Notes: a model not told the origin generated them from the letters alone. A stretch of DNA of 64,000 nucleotides from an uncultured Actinomycetota bacterium (GCA_963743915.1 CAVURN010000005.1:256001-320000), one strand, 5' to 3'; positions 10,449 to 22,024 are shown, counted from the first letter of the stretch. Made by a program: numbers and translations.

Positions 10449-11230
10449 GCGCGCCACGCGCCGTGCGGCGTTACGAGTGGGCGACCTTCGAGGGCGTCTG
10501 GAACCGTGAGCTGACGCTGTTCAAGCGCTACTGGGCGTCCACCACGGTCTCGTCGGTCGTGCAACCGATCATCTACCTGCTCGCCTTCGGCCTCGGGGTC
10601 GGCACCCTGGTGAGCTCGGTGGGCGGCATCACCTACGTCGAGTTCGTGGGAACAGGATCGGTCGCGACGGCCGTGCTGTTCGCGTCAGCCTTTCCCGGCA
10701 TGTTCAACACGTACGTGCGTCGCGTCTTCCAGCGCACCTACGACGCCATCCTCGCCGCACCGGTCAGCGTGGACGAGCTCGCGCTCGCCGAGGGGAGCTG
10801 GATCGCGGCGAAGGCGGGTCTCTACGGTTCCATCCCCTTGGTGGCCACCTTCTTCTTCGGGCTGCAACCGTCACCAGGCATGGTGCTCGTCCCCTTCATC
10901 GGGTTCGTCACCGGCCTGGGGTTCGCGTTCTTCGGCATGTGGGTGTCGGCGATCATCAAGACCATCGACGAGACGACCTACATCACCTCCGTCGTGCTGA
11001 CCCCACTCTTCCTCGTCGCGGGCACCTTCTTCCCCATCGAGAACCTCTCGCCCGCCCTGCAGGTGGCGGCGTGGTTCAACCCGCTCTACCACTGCGTCGA
11101 GCTGGTCCGGGCGGCCAGCTTCGGCTGGGACATGCCCGTCGACCTGTACCACTTCGCGTTCCTGGCCGTGTTCGCCGTCGCCATGTGGGCACTGGCCGTC
11201 CGCCAGCTGCGCCGTCGGCTCGTCGACTGA
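10445..11230 (+). CDS. ABC-2 type permease (NodJ-like)
   Basis: TTGA overlap with the ATPase stop; about 6 TM; QRTYDAILAAP, PLFLVAGTFFP, NPLYHCVELVR. Confidence 0.88.
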   Translation: MSAPRAVRRYEWATFEGVWNRELTLFKRYWASTTVSSVVQPIIYLLAFGLGVGTLVSSVGGITYVEFVGTGSVATAVLFASAFPGMFNTYVRRVFQRTYDAILAAPVSVDELALAEGSWIAAKAGLYGSIPLVATFFFGLQPSPGMVLVPFIGFVTGLGFAFFGMWVSAIIKTIDETTYITSVVLTPLFLVAGTFFPIENLSPALQVAAWFNPLYHCVELVRAASFGWDMPVDLYHFAFLAVFAVAMWALAVRQLRRRLVD

Positions 11231-11272
11231 GCCGTGGCAGCCTCCAGCTGGACGACTCCTTAGGCTGACCCC

Positions 11273-12924
<1,652 letters not shown>

Positions 12925-12925
<1 letters not shown>

Positions 12926-12980
12926 TCCCGGTTTGGCGTCGCTGGGTATTTCGCGGGATGCGACTGCTTCGAACCGGGAC
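12925..12980. repeat. Imperfect palindrome (terminator or REP-like) after the class I fumarase
   Basis: gtcccggtt (12925-33) pairs with aaccgggac (12972-80); inner gtcgc/gcgac. Confidence 0.55.
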
Positions 12981-12989
12981 ACTGGGGCC

Positions 12990-14195
12990 ATGCCCGATGT
13001 AGCCAGTTCCGCCATGCTCCCCGACGGCGCCATTGTCCGCGGGGCACGGATCGAAGACGTCCCCGCGATGATGGAGATCGAGTCCGCCCGAGAGGGTGAG
13101 GACGACGCCGTCGATCTGGAGCTGGTGGCCAGCACCCCAAGCGGACTGCAGCTGATGAGCGTCGTCGAGCACGACGGGCGCGTCGTGTCGATCGCCACCC
13201 TGCTCGACGAGTCCGTGCGAACGGGCAGCGTCACTCTTCCCGCTGGCCAGATCGAGATGGTGGCAACCGCCAAGCATGCCGAGGGCCGCGGCTACGTACG
13301 CGCGCTGATGGGACGCTGCCACGAGCTGTCGAGAGCACGAGGACATGTGCTGCAGGTCATGATCGGGATCCCCAACTTCTACCGCCAGTTCGGGTACTCC
13401 TACTCGATCCCCATGCACCCGTGGGCAACCGTCACACCTGGAATCCCATCGCCAGATGGCTTCACCGTGACCACGGCGACGGCTGACGACATGGCCACCT
13501 GCCACGCGCTGCAGGAACAGATGCAACAAGCCTTCGACGTCGCAATGCCTCACAGCGCCGACTGCTGGAGGTGGCTCCTCACCCACACATCCAGCAGGCA
13601 GGCGCTGGTCCGCGACGCAGCGGGAGCCGCCGTCGGGTTGGCCCGCGTCTACGCCGACGACGGGTCGGTCGACATGGGTGAGATCACCGCCCACAGTCCC
13701 GAGGCGACAGACGCGCTGCTCGCCCATGCACTGGGACTGACGTCGGACACCGGATCGTGTCGGGTCGGCGTACGTCCCCACGTTCCCGGGCTGGCCGCCC
13801 GGACCCAGGACACCGAACGAGTCGACTGGTACTACGTGCGGATCGAGAACCCGAGCGCGCTGTTCACAGCCATGGCGCCCGTCCTTCTGCGACGACTTCA
13901 CGACGCTGGCAACGCCGAAGGCTCCGCGCTGATCTCGTTCTGGGGTTCACACCTACGGCTGCACTGGACTGCCCAGGACCTTCGGGTCGAGGCTGGCGGG
14001 CCGATGCAGGCACCCATCTCGTCTGGCGGGTCCGGTCTACCGCTCGACGCGCTCGGTTCCCTGATGTTCGGCAGCGGTGCCGCCGGGCTCGAGGACCGCT
14101 ACCCGGATGCCGGGCTGGGACGGCAGGCCGACGTCATGAACACACTCTTCCCACCGCAGTCTGCAGATCTGCTGACCTTCTACTTGCCGTCCTAG
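12990..14195 (+). CDS. GNAT N-acetyltransferase, Eis-like tandem GNAT
   Basis: GQIEMVAT....EGRGYVRALM, GIPNFYRQFGY; about 400 aa. Confidence 0.82.
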   Translation: MPDVASSAMLPDGAIVRGARIEDVPAMMEIESAREGEDDAVDLELVASTPSGLQLMSVVEHDGRVVSIATLLDESVRTGSVTLPAGQIEMVATAKHAEGRGYVRALMGRCHELSRARGHVLQVMIGIPNFYRQFGYSYSIPMHPWATVTPGIPSPDGFTVTTATADDMATCHALQEQMQQAFDVAMPHSADCWRWLLTHTSSRQALVRDAAGAAVGLARVYADDGSVDMGEITAHSPEATDALLAHALGLTSDTGSCRVGVRPHVPGLAARTQDTERVDWYYVRIENPSALFTAMAPVLLRRLHDAGNAEGSALISFWGSHLRLHWTAQDLRVEAGGPMQAPISSGGSGLPLDALGSLMFGSGAAGLEDRYPDAGLGRQADVMNTLFPPQSADLLTFYLPS

Positions 14196-14322
14196 AGTCC
14201 CGCCGTACACCCCACCGTTGACTTGCGGGCCACTCAGGGCGTAGGACCGGACCCAGGTTGTTCATCCCATCGGGACTTCAGCGCCGACGCCGGTCCAGGT
14301 CTCGCGCCAAGGAGAGTGCATC

Positions 14323-14706
14323 ATGACACCAAAGTCATTGACGATCATCGCTGCCGGAGCTGTCGCCCTCGGTCTGATAGCACCGGGAGTCGCCACGGCG
14401 GGCGGCAAGATCGAGAGCACCGTCACCATCCGGGCCGAAGGCGCTGACCTCAGCGGCTACGTCAAGTCTCCGCGACCGCGGGTGTGCGCGAAGGACCGCA
14501 AGGTCGTCGTGTTCAAGCAGGTCGGAACCGAGCAGGACCCGCGCAACGACGACCGGATCGCCAGCGACATCGCGTCCCTCAACGGGGACAGGGCCGAGTG
14601 GAGCACCGGCAACACCGGTGTCTATGGAAGGCTCTACGCCCGGGTGGCGCCGACGCCGGACTGCAAGTCGGACACCAGCGAGACCATTCGCGTCCGGCGC
14701 CCGTAA
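14323..14706 (+). CDS. Small secreted beta-rich hypothetical protein
   Basis: AAGGAG RBS; Sec signal peptide (..PGVATA); two Cys. Confidence 0.75.
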   Translation: MTPKSLTIIAAGAVALGLIAPGVATAGGKIESTVTIRAEGADLSGYVKSPRPRVCAKDRKVVVFKQVGTEQDPRNDDRIASDIASLNGDRAEWSTGNTGVYGRLYARVAPTPDCKSDTSETIRVRRP

Positions 14707-14724
14707 AGGACGCACACCCTCACC

Positions 14725-14758
14725 GGTCGGGGTGGGTGACAGGTCACCCACCCCGACC
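14725..14758. terminator. Bidirectional hairpin terminator between convergent genes
   Basis: Perfect 16-bp inverted repeat ggtcggggtgggtgac-ag-gtcacccaccccgacc. Confidence 0.85.
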
Positions 14759-14773
14759 CAAGGTGATGGAGGG

Positions 14774-17729
14774 CTAGTTCGGCAGGAGCACGATGGTGAA
14801 CATCGTCGCCTTGCCGGACGACGCGCTCGCCGTGGCCGTCAGGCCGGAGCGTGCGCCGGACGCCGACGGCTGGTTGTCGTCGGTGAAGAGGCCGGTCACC
14901 CGCGTCGTCGTCGTCCCGACGAGCGCTGGGTCGACGACGGTCTCACGGACCGTCTGACCGGCAGGCGCCGTCCAGCCGGTGGTCGCCGCGTTCTTGTCCG
15001 CCCAGTACGACAGCACCCAGGCACCATCGGTCGGAACGTTGACGCCTGGCGTCGTGTGCGCAGCACGCGCAGTCGTCTCGATGGCACCGACCGCGCTCGG
15101 CGTCCCGCTCACCCCGGAGTACGCGGCCAACGCCGCTGAGGTACGGGTCGCACCGGACCAGACGAAGGAGATGGCCGACCCCGCGTCCGACGGAGTGGCA
15201 ACCTTGGCGAGGATCACGGTGCGCACGTCGGTGTCGAGCTCTGCGTCCAGCACGGTCCAGCCCGCCGGCGTGGTGAGCGTCTGCAGGGTCGAGCCGCTCA
15301 CGGCCAGGATCATCTGGTCACCGGCGACCACGCCGTTCGGAATGGTCCAGTTGTGGGTCGACCTGCTGGCGCCGGTGTACTTGCCGGACACCCGGAAGGC
15401 GATGGAGGATGTGATGGGTTCAGGCGACACGGACTGTGACGCCGATGTCCGTCCCACCACGGTTGTCGGTCACCGTGACGCTCACGTTGTAGGTGCCGGC
15501 CGTCTCGTAGGTGTGCTGAACGGTCGCGTTCGGGCCGGCAGCGGTGGTGTTGCCGTCACCGAAGTTGAAGGCGTAGCTGACGACCGACCCGTCCGGGTCG
15601 CTGCTGTTCGAGGCGTCGACGGTGCAGTTCAGGCCCTTGCAGGTGACGTCGATAGCCGCCACCGGCGAGGTGTTCGGGCCCGTGCTGCTCGCCGCGGTGG
15701 ACGCGAACATGGCATTGCTGCGCCAGTCTGCCGCCGAGTTGACCGTCACGGCCGATCCGTCGACGCCACCTGCCGCGCCATCGACGCCAGGGGTGAAGTC
15801 GATGCTCTTGAGCACGCCCGCGGCGTCAGAGAAGTAGACCTTGCCGCCCGCGAGGAACATGCCCAGTGGCGTGGTGTTGCCCGAGGCGTTCGCCCCGATC
15901 AGGCTGCCGCCGACCGCGGTGAAGCGCTGGGCGCCCACGATGCCTGACTCCGGCGTGAAGTAGCGGTAGAAGAAGCCACCAGGAGTGTTCCCCTGAGACC
16001 GCGTCGTGTAGTAGAGCCGCGCATTGTCACGGTCGTAGAACATGCCCGTGATGCGGGGGATCTCGGTGCCGAACAGCGTGTACGTCGAGGTGTTCGTGGT
16101 GTAACCGTTGGCGTACAGGTTCAGGTTCCGAGAAGCTCCGAAGGAGCTGCCGTCGTAGGAGCGCGCACGGAAGGTGCCGTCGGCCCAGCCCATGTACACG
16201 GTTCCGTCGATCATGACGGCGCCACGCGCCTGGTCCCACGTGTCCGCAGCAGGGACGGTGGCACTGCCGAGGATGGCGCTGCCGTTGAAGTTGCGGATCT
16301 CCTGGCTCACACCACCGGCGGGTGAGTCGAGCAGCACGACGTCAGCCGGAAGGGTCGCCACCTTGTCGGCCGGCAGTGGAGTTGCGTCACTGTCGAACGG
16401 GAATCCCGCCAGGCGGGGGCGGGTCTCACCGGCCCACTTGTTGGTGTCCGACCCGGCCCACACCTGGCTGTTGGTCACGTCGAAGTCGTACAGGCCCACG
16501 CCACGCGCGCGGCCGGGGTTCCAGGAGAACGGCAGGCCGTTGCGGCTGTCCAGCGCGGCCATGCCCGACCGCGGCACAGCGCCCGGACCGGCGGCGTCGG
16601 CGCGGTAGGGGTTGTTGAACCACCGCATGTGCCCGCCGACGTAGACGACCGGACCGGTCACCTCGACGGCCCAGGACGTGTCACCGCCGGTGTAGTCGGA
16701 CCAGGTCTCCACCTGCGTGCCCGTGCGGTTCGTCTCCCACCGGCTGACCGTGTCGCACAACCGGTCGGCACGGTAGGCGCCGGTCGTCACGACGACGAAG
16801 AAGTTGCCGTTCGGGGCGAAGTCCACGTCGCGCATGTAGGAGTCGAAGCTCCTCGAGCAGTTGGACGTGGTGGTCGACCCGGGCGCAAAGCCGGGGAAGC
16901 GAGTCGTGGACCAGTTGGCCAAGGTGGCAGCAGAGGGGCCGATGTCGAGCAGCGCGATCTGGAGGCGGCTCTGGCCGCCGACCGTGTTGAAGTTGCCGAT
17001 GGCGACGAGCTTGGAGCCGTCGGGGGACACGTCGATCTTGCGGACCGTGGTGGTGCTCGTCGAGTCCCACGCCACACCGCCGAAGTCGGGCACGTCGTAG
17101 TTGCTCAGGCGATCGCCCGTGGTGGCGTCGAGAACGGCCATTCCCGGCTCAGACGCCTGCTGCACGGTGGCGAAGGACCCAGCGATGAAGAGCCGCTGCC
17201 CGACGAGCCGGAGGTCGTAGACCCGATTGTTGATTCCAGGGGCCCAGAAGTCGGTGCGCGAGCCGTCCGAGAGCTGCAGCTCGGCAACGCGGCCTCCCAC
17301 GCCGTTCACGGAGCTGAAGGCGCCCGCCACATAGACGGTGGTGCCCGACGGTCCGGGGACGAGCGAGTCCACCTGATCGTTGAGGGTGGGCATGAAGCCG
17401 GGGATGATCTGGCCGGTGGTGGCGTTGAAGGCGAAGAGGTTCGACTGGTTGATGATCGGCTGGTTGCTGCCCGCGTTCTGGATCTGGGTGAACTGTCCAC
17501 CCACGACGACGGTGTTGCCGATCTGCTTGACGACCTGGACACGGCCGTCGAGCACCTTCGGCGTCCAGTTGTAGGGGTTGTCGCTGGCCAGGAGCTCGTC
17601 ACCGGGCGCTGCCTGCGCCGGGTTGGTCGCGGCCGCAGCCACGGCCACCAGGCTGGTGAGCACCGCGCTCAACGCGAGGAAGACGGCTACGACCCGACGG
17701 GTACGACGACGGTCGACGATCTGGTCCAC
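14774..17729 (-). CDS. Secreted beta-propeller + PKD domain surface protein, frameshifted near 15445
   Basis: Signal peptide; VVVGGQF/YVAGAF/YVGGH repeats; PKD (DASNSSDPDGSVVSYAFNFGDG..HTY..AGTYNVSVTVTD); the C-terminal domain (14774-15460 ORF) is contiguous in the paralog at 62052. Confidence 0.85.
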
Positions 17730-17989
17730 AAAGGCCCCCTGGAAGCGTCCCCAACCCTGTGATCCGGGGAACGGTGATGCCCTATGAGACCAGACCTGGA
17801 CGCAAAATCCGAACTGACCACGAACCCCTTCACCCGAACGCTGAAGCGGCAATCCGGAGAGTCATCTGGGCATCACCATGGGTCACCGAAACGGCGCGCG
17901 GATCCAGGACAAAGCGGGCACTGACGCCGCTCATCCTCGCCGAGCGTTGGCGGCCTGTTCGCCCTCAGCAGACGCGCTTGGCATTTCAC

Positions 17990-18004
17990 TGTAATGATGT
18001 AATC
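17990..18004 (+). promoter_or_regulatory. TGTAAT-GA-TGTAAT-C direct repeat, candidate AbmR-type operator
   Basis: AT-rich direct repeat ending 8 nt before ATG 18013; matches the TGTAATCATGTAATC I recall upstream of mycobacterial Rv1265. Confidence 0.6.
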
Positions 18005-18012
18005 CTGCCGCC

Positions 18013-18541
18013 ATGACAGATACACAGCAGCACGACCGAGACTGCCGAGATCCGAGGCTGGCTCACCGGTCGACTCCCCCACTGGTTCGTCGCAGTCCCC
18101 GAGGTGTCCGTCGACCGCGAGGAGATCGTCATCGTCGGAGCCCTGGAGGAGCCCGCCGTCGCCCCGGACGCCGGCCCTGGAGAACGCACCGCCGCACGTC
18201 GAGGGCGGGCCAAGGCGTTCCGCGAGGAGACCCGCGAGCAGCGCATCGCGGTCGCGCGGGAACTCGAGTCCCGCTACGGACGCCATGTGGCCTGGGGGGT
18301 GACCGTCGGTGACGAGCGCGTGCTCTTCACCCACCTCGCCGCTCCGGTGATGACGCGACTCCGCCAGCCGGAGCGTCAGGTCCTCGACACTCTCGTGGGA
18401 TCCGGCGTCGCACGCTCGCGCGCCGACGCACTCGCGTGGTGTGTCCGCCTGGTCGGCGAGCACACCGACACCTGGCTCACCGAGCTCCGGGAGGCGCTGT
18501 CGGCCGTCGAGCGCGTGCGCGCGACCGGGCCTGCCTCCTGA
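18013..18541 (+). CDS. AbmR (Rv1265)-like transcription factor, +1 frameshift near 18025
   Basis: IRGWLTGRLP.WF...PEVSVDREEI, FREETREQR, RYGR.VAWGV, FTHLAAPVMTRLRQPERQVLDTLV..GVARSRADALAWCVRLVGEH. Confidence 0.8.
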
Positions 18542-18545
18542 GCCG

Positions 18546-19865
18546 TCAGACCGAGTCAACCGTCGACGGCACGGAGTCATCAGTGCCTGGTACGCCCGCA
18601 CTCGGGCGCACCCTCTTCCATCCGAGGTCGAGCACGACCGCGAGAAGCAGCAGCACGACGAGCGCAGCCGCCGTTCCTGGCTCCTCAGCCAGTGTGGTCG
18701 TGGCAAACGAGAAGAGGGTCGCCAGCAGCGTGATCAGCGCCACCACCAGCACCCACATGTGGGCGCCGGTCTCATGGCGCACCCGCAAGTGGGAGATCGT
18801 CACGAAGGTGAACACGAGCAGCGCCACGGCGCTCCCGATCGACGCGATGGCCGACAGGTCGAAGAGCATGGCCAGTACCAGAGTGGAAGCCGCCATCACG
18901 GCCAGACCGACCGGCAGACGACCCCAGCTGCGGCCGAAGATGGGAGGGAACTGACGCTTCTCGGCCAGGTCCTTCGACAGGCCGGCGGCCGGGTAGATGC
19001 CCGAGTTGGTCGCGCCAGCGGTGGCGAAGATCGCCGTCACGGCCATGAGCACGTAGCCGGCGTCACCCAGCGCAGGCTTGGCGGCCTCTGCGACGGCGGT
19101 GTCACCCGCAGCGACCACCTCATCGACGGTGAGGGCGCCGTACACCCCTAGCGCGATCGCGACGTAGACCACCGTGGCGATTCCGAGGGCCAAGTACATG
19201 GCCTTGGGGAGCTCACGCTTCGGATCGGTCAGGTCCTTCGCCGTGAAGGTCACGACCCCGAAGCCGAGGAACGCGAAGAAGGTGAGAGCGACACTCGAGA
19301 AGATCACCCGCAGACTCGGGTAACCAGAAGGCGCCAAGAGCGACCAGTCAGCGGTGAACAGGGTGACCAGCGAGAAGATCGCGAGGATCCCGATGACAAC
19401 CCGCACGATGAGCCCCTGTGCCTTGGTCACTGCGCTGGTCCCCACCACGTTGAGCAGCGTCACTCCGACGACCAGCAGTGCCGTGAACACCTTCGCCCCG
19501 GCAACGCTGTCATCGGTGAACATCGCGCTGGCATAACCTCCGAACGAGGTCGCCACCATCGCAGTCACGATGAACTGCGAGCCGAAGGCGAGCCACGCCG
19601 TGATGCCGGTGAAGTGACCGTCACCGAAGCCTCGGGACACATACTCGATCAGTCCCGACCCCGACGGGAACTTCGAGCCCAGCTTGCCGAATGAGTAGCC
19701 CTGCAGCGCAGCGATCATCCCGGCGAGGAGGAACGACACCCACACCGCTGCTCCCGCGATCTGACCTGCGGGTGCCAGCAGGGCAAAGATCCCAGCCCCC
19801 ACCATCGCCCCTACACCGATGAACGCTGCCTGGCGAATGGTCATGGACTTCGTGGTGGCAGTCAT
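18546..19865 (-). CDS. APC family amino acid permease
   Basis: IGVGAMVGAGIF, FFAFLGF, DPKRELPKA; about 12 TM. Confidence 0.92.
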   Translation of the reverse strand: MTATTKSMTIRQAAFIGVGAMVGAGIFALLAPAGQIAGAAVWVSFLLAGMIAALQGYSFGKLGSKFPSGSGLIEYVSRGFGDGHFTGITAWLAFGSQFIVTAMVATSFGGYASAMFTDDSVAGAKVFTALLVVGVTLLNVVGTSAVTKAQGLIVRVVIGILAIFSLVTLFTADWSLLAPSGYPSLRVIFSSVALTFFAFLGFGVVTFTAKDLTDPKRELPKAMYLALGIATVVYVAIALGVYGALTVDEVVAAGDTAVAEAAKPALGDAGYVLMAVTAIFATAGATNSGIYPAAGLSKDLAEKRQFPPIFGRSWGRLPVGLAVMAASTLVLAMLFDLSAIASIGSAVALLVFTFVTISHLRVRHETGAHMWVLVVALITLLATLFSFATTTLAEEPGTAAALVVLLLLAVVLDLGWKRVRPSAGVPGTDDSVPSTVDSV

Positions 19866-19937
19866 GTTCACCACCTCCCCATTCACGGTAGGTGGGACGA
19901 TGCTGGTGGCGTCAGGGTCGGTGGTCCTGGCGCCGGT

Positions 19938-20546
19938 TCACCCCGGCTCGTGGTCGGCGGACTCCACGGCAGCGACCGGCCGCCCATAGTCGACGGCGTC
20001 GCGCACCGGTGCCGGGGTGCGCTCGGCAAGCTGTCGGTCGGGCTCCGCACCAAGCGCCGCGTTGACCGTCGAGAACGCGAGGCGGAAGGCGATGAGCATC
20101 GTGACCTCGGCGATGTCGCGGTCGGAGAATCCCGCGGCCCTCAGCGCCTCCACCTCCCGCCGGGTCGTCGCACTCGGATCCCGGACGACCGACCGGGTCC
20201 ACTCGGCGAGAGCCGACTCGCGTTCGGACAGCTCGGCGGGCGTATCCCCGCGAAGGACACCGGCGGCCACCTGCTCGTTGGCTGCCAGGGCCAGGTTCTT
20301 GCCCCAGGCGAGCGAGCAGTAGGGGTCCGACAGCGCAGCCACGGCCGCCGCGATCACCACCGCCAGCTCCACCTGCGACAGCCTCATGTCCTGCCCCAGC
20401 TGGCCGCGCAGGTCGCGGAACCCCTGACAGACGTCCGGGCGGTGCGCCCATACCCGGGTGTGGTTGCTGATGTAGCCGTCGTCGGCGACATCCTCCTCGT
20501 ACATCGCGCGCACGACGTCGTCCAGCGCGGGTTCGTTGAGCAGCAT
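19938..20546 (-). CDS. AhpD/carboxymuconolactone decarboxylase-like protein
   Basis: DPYCSLAWG, LSERESAL, VEALRAAGFSDRDI, STVNAALG. Confidence 0.78.
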   Translation of the reverse strand: MLLNEPALDDVVRAMYEEDVADDGYISNHTRVWAHRPDVCQGFRDLRGQLGQDMRLSQVELAVVIAAAVAALSDPYCSLAWGKNLALAANEQVAAGVLRGDTPAELSERESALAEWTRSVVRDPSATTRREVEALRAAGFSDRDIAEVTMLIAFRLAFSTVNAALGAEPDRQLAERTPAPVRDAVDYGRPVAAVESADHEPG

Positions 20547-20617
20547 GGATCGATGGTGCTCCTGCACGAGGCCTGGGACAAGGAAGCGCCCCCGGCCCGA
20601 CCGCGTACGGTGGCGCC

Positions 20618-22024
20618 ATGAGCGATGGCGCCTCCCGCACGGAGCACGACACCCTGGGTGAGGTCACGGTCCCCGGTGACGCCCTCTGGGGGGCAAGCAC
20701 CCAGCGCGCCGTGCAGAACTTCCAGATCAGCGGGCACACCGTCTCCCCCGAGATCATCCACGCCCTCGCCGACGTCAAAGCCGCTGCCGCCCTGTCCAAC
20801 GCATCGCTGGGCGTGCTCGAGCCGCGAGTCGCTGACGCGATCGTGGAAGCCGCGGTGGAGGTGGCGTCCGGCCACCATGACGACCAGTTCCCCGTCGACC
20901 GCTTCCAGACGGGGTCCGGAACGTCGACGAACATGAACGTCAACGAGGTCCTCGCGCGCATCGCGAGCAACGCGTGCGGCGAAGCCGTGCACCCGAACGA
21001 CCACGTGAACGCGTCGCAGTCCAGCAACGACGTCTTCCCCACGGCCATCCATCTCGCAGCCGCGCAGCTCCTGCGAGACGACCTGGTTCCGGCCCTGCAG
21101 GGCCTCGAGGATGCGCTCCTCATCCAGTCCCGTGAGTGGGCCGACGTCGTCAAGCCAGGGCGCACCCACCTGATGGATGCCGCACCGGTCACCCTCGGCC
21201 AGGAGTTCGGTGGCTACGCGTCCCAGATGCGTCAGTCGATCGCGCGCATCGAGGCGGTCGTGCCGCGGGTGCTGGAGGTGCCGCTCGGCGGCACGGCGGT
21301 GGGGACCGGCCTGAACGCTCCGCCGGGCTTCGCCGACCGGGCACTCGCTGCGATCGCCGACCGCACGGGGATCGCCCTGACGCGTCCGACGGATGCCTTC
21401 GAGGCGCAGTCGACCCGCGATGCCCTGGTCGAGCTCTCCGGCTGCCTGCGCACCCTCGCCGTGTCGATGATGAAGGTCTGCAACGACCTGCGGTGGATGG
21501 GGTCCGGACCGAGTGCCGGGCTCGCCGAGATCACGCTGCCCGCTCTCCAGCCCGGCTCGAGCATCATGCCGGGCAAGGTCAACCCGGTCGTCCCGGAGGC
21601 CGTGGTCCAGGCTTGCTGCCAGGTGGTCGGCCTGGATACCGCCCTCACGCTCGGGGCCACGACGTCGATGTTCGAGCTCAACACCGCGATGCCCCTCATG
21701 GGATGCAACGTCGTCGACTCCATCGGTCTGCTCGCCAACAGCGCCGTCGCTCTGCTGCAGCTGGTTCCGCGCATCAGCGTCGATCCCGAGCGGCTGCGCC
21801 GTTCCGCTGAGTCGTCCCCCGCCGTCGCCACGTCACTCAACCTGCTCGTCGGCTACGAGGCAGCGACGGCCATCGTCAAGGACGCCGCCGCACGCGGCGT
21901 CACGATCCGACAGGCGGCGCAGCGCCTGGTCGACGACGGGCGGGTGAGCCAGGACGCCCTTGACGAGGCCCTCGACCTGAACCGGATGACCCACCCGCAA
22001 CAGCGACACCCGCACCCTCGCTGA
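20618..22024 (+). CDS. fumC: Class II fumarate hydratase
   Basis: FQTGSGTSTNMNVNEV, HPNDHVNASQSSNDVFPT, GRTHLMDA, GSSIMPGKVNP. Confidence 0.9.
   Translation: MSDGASRTEHDTLGEVTVPGDALWGASTQRAVQNFQISGHTVSPEIIHALADVKAAAALSNASLGVLEPRVADAIVEAAVEVASGHHDDQFPVDRFQTGSGTSTNMNVNEVLARIASNACGEAVHPNDHVNASQSSNDVFPTAIHLAAAQLLRDDLVPALQGLEDALLIQSREWADVVKPGRTHLMDAAPVTLGQEFGGYASQMRQSIARIEAVVPRVLEVPLGGTAVGTGLNAPPGFADRALAAIADRTGIALTRPTDAFEAQSTRDALVELSGCLRTLAVSMMKVCNDLRWMGSGPSAGLAEITLPALQPGSSIMPGKVNPVVPEAVVQACCQVVGLDTALTLGATTSMFELNTAMPLMGCNVVDSIGLLANSAVALLQLVPRISVDPERLRRSAESSPAVATSLNLLVGYEAATAIVKDAAARGVTIRQAAQRLVDDGRVSQDALDEALDLNRMTHPQQRHPHPR

Noticed and set aside
17790-17860. GGACGCAAA resembling a c-di-GMP-I riboswitch junction
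   Set aside because: Lacks the GNRA-capped P2 and matching P1/P3, and is antisense to the adjacent PKD gene
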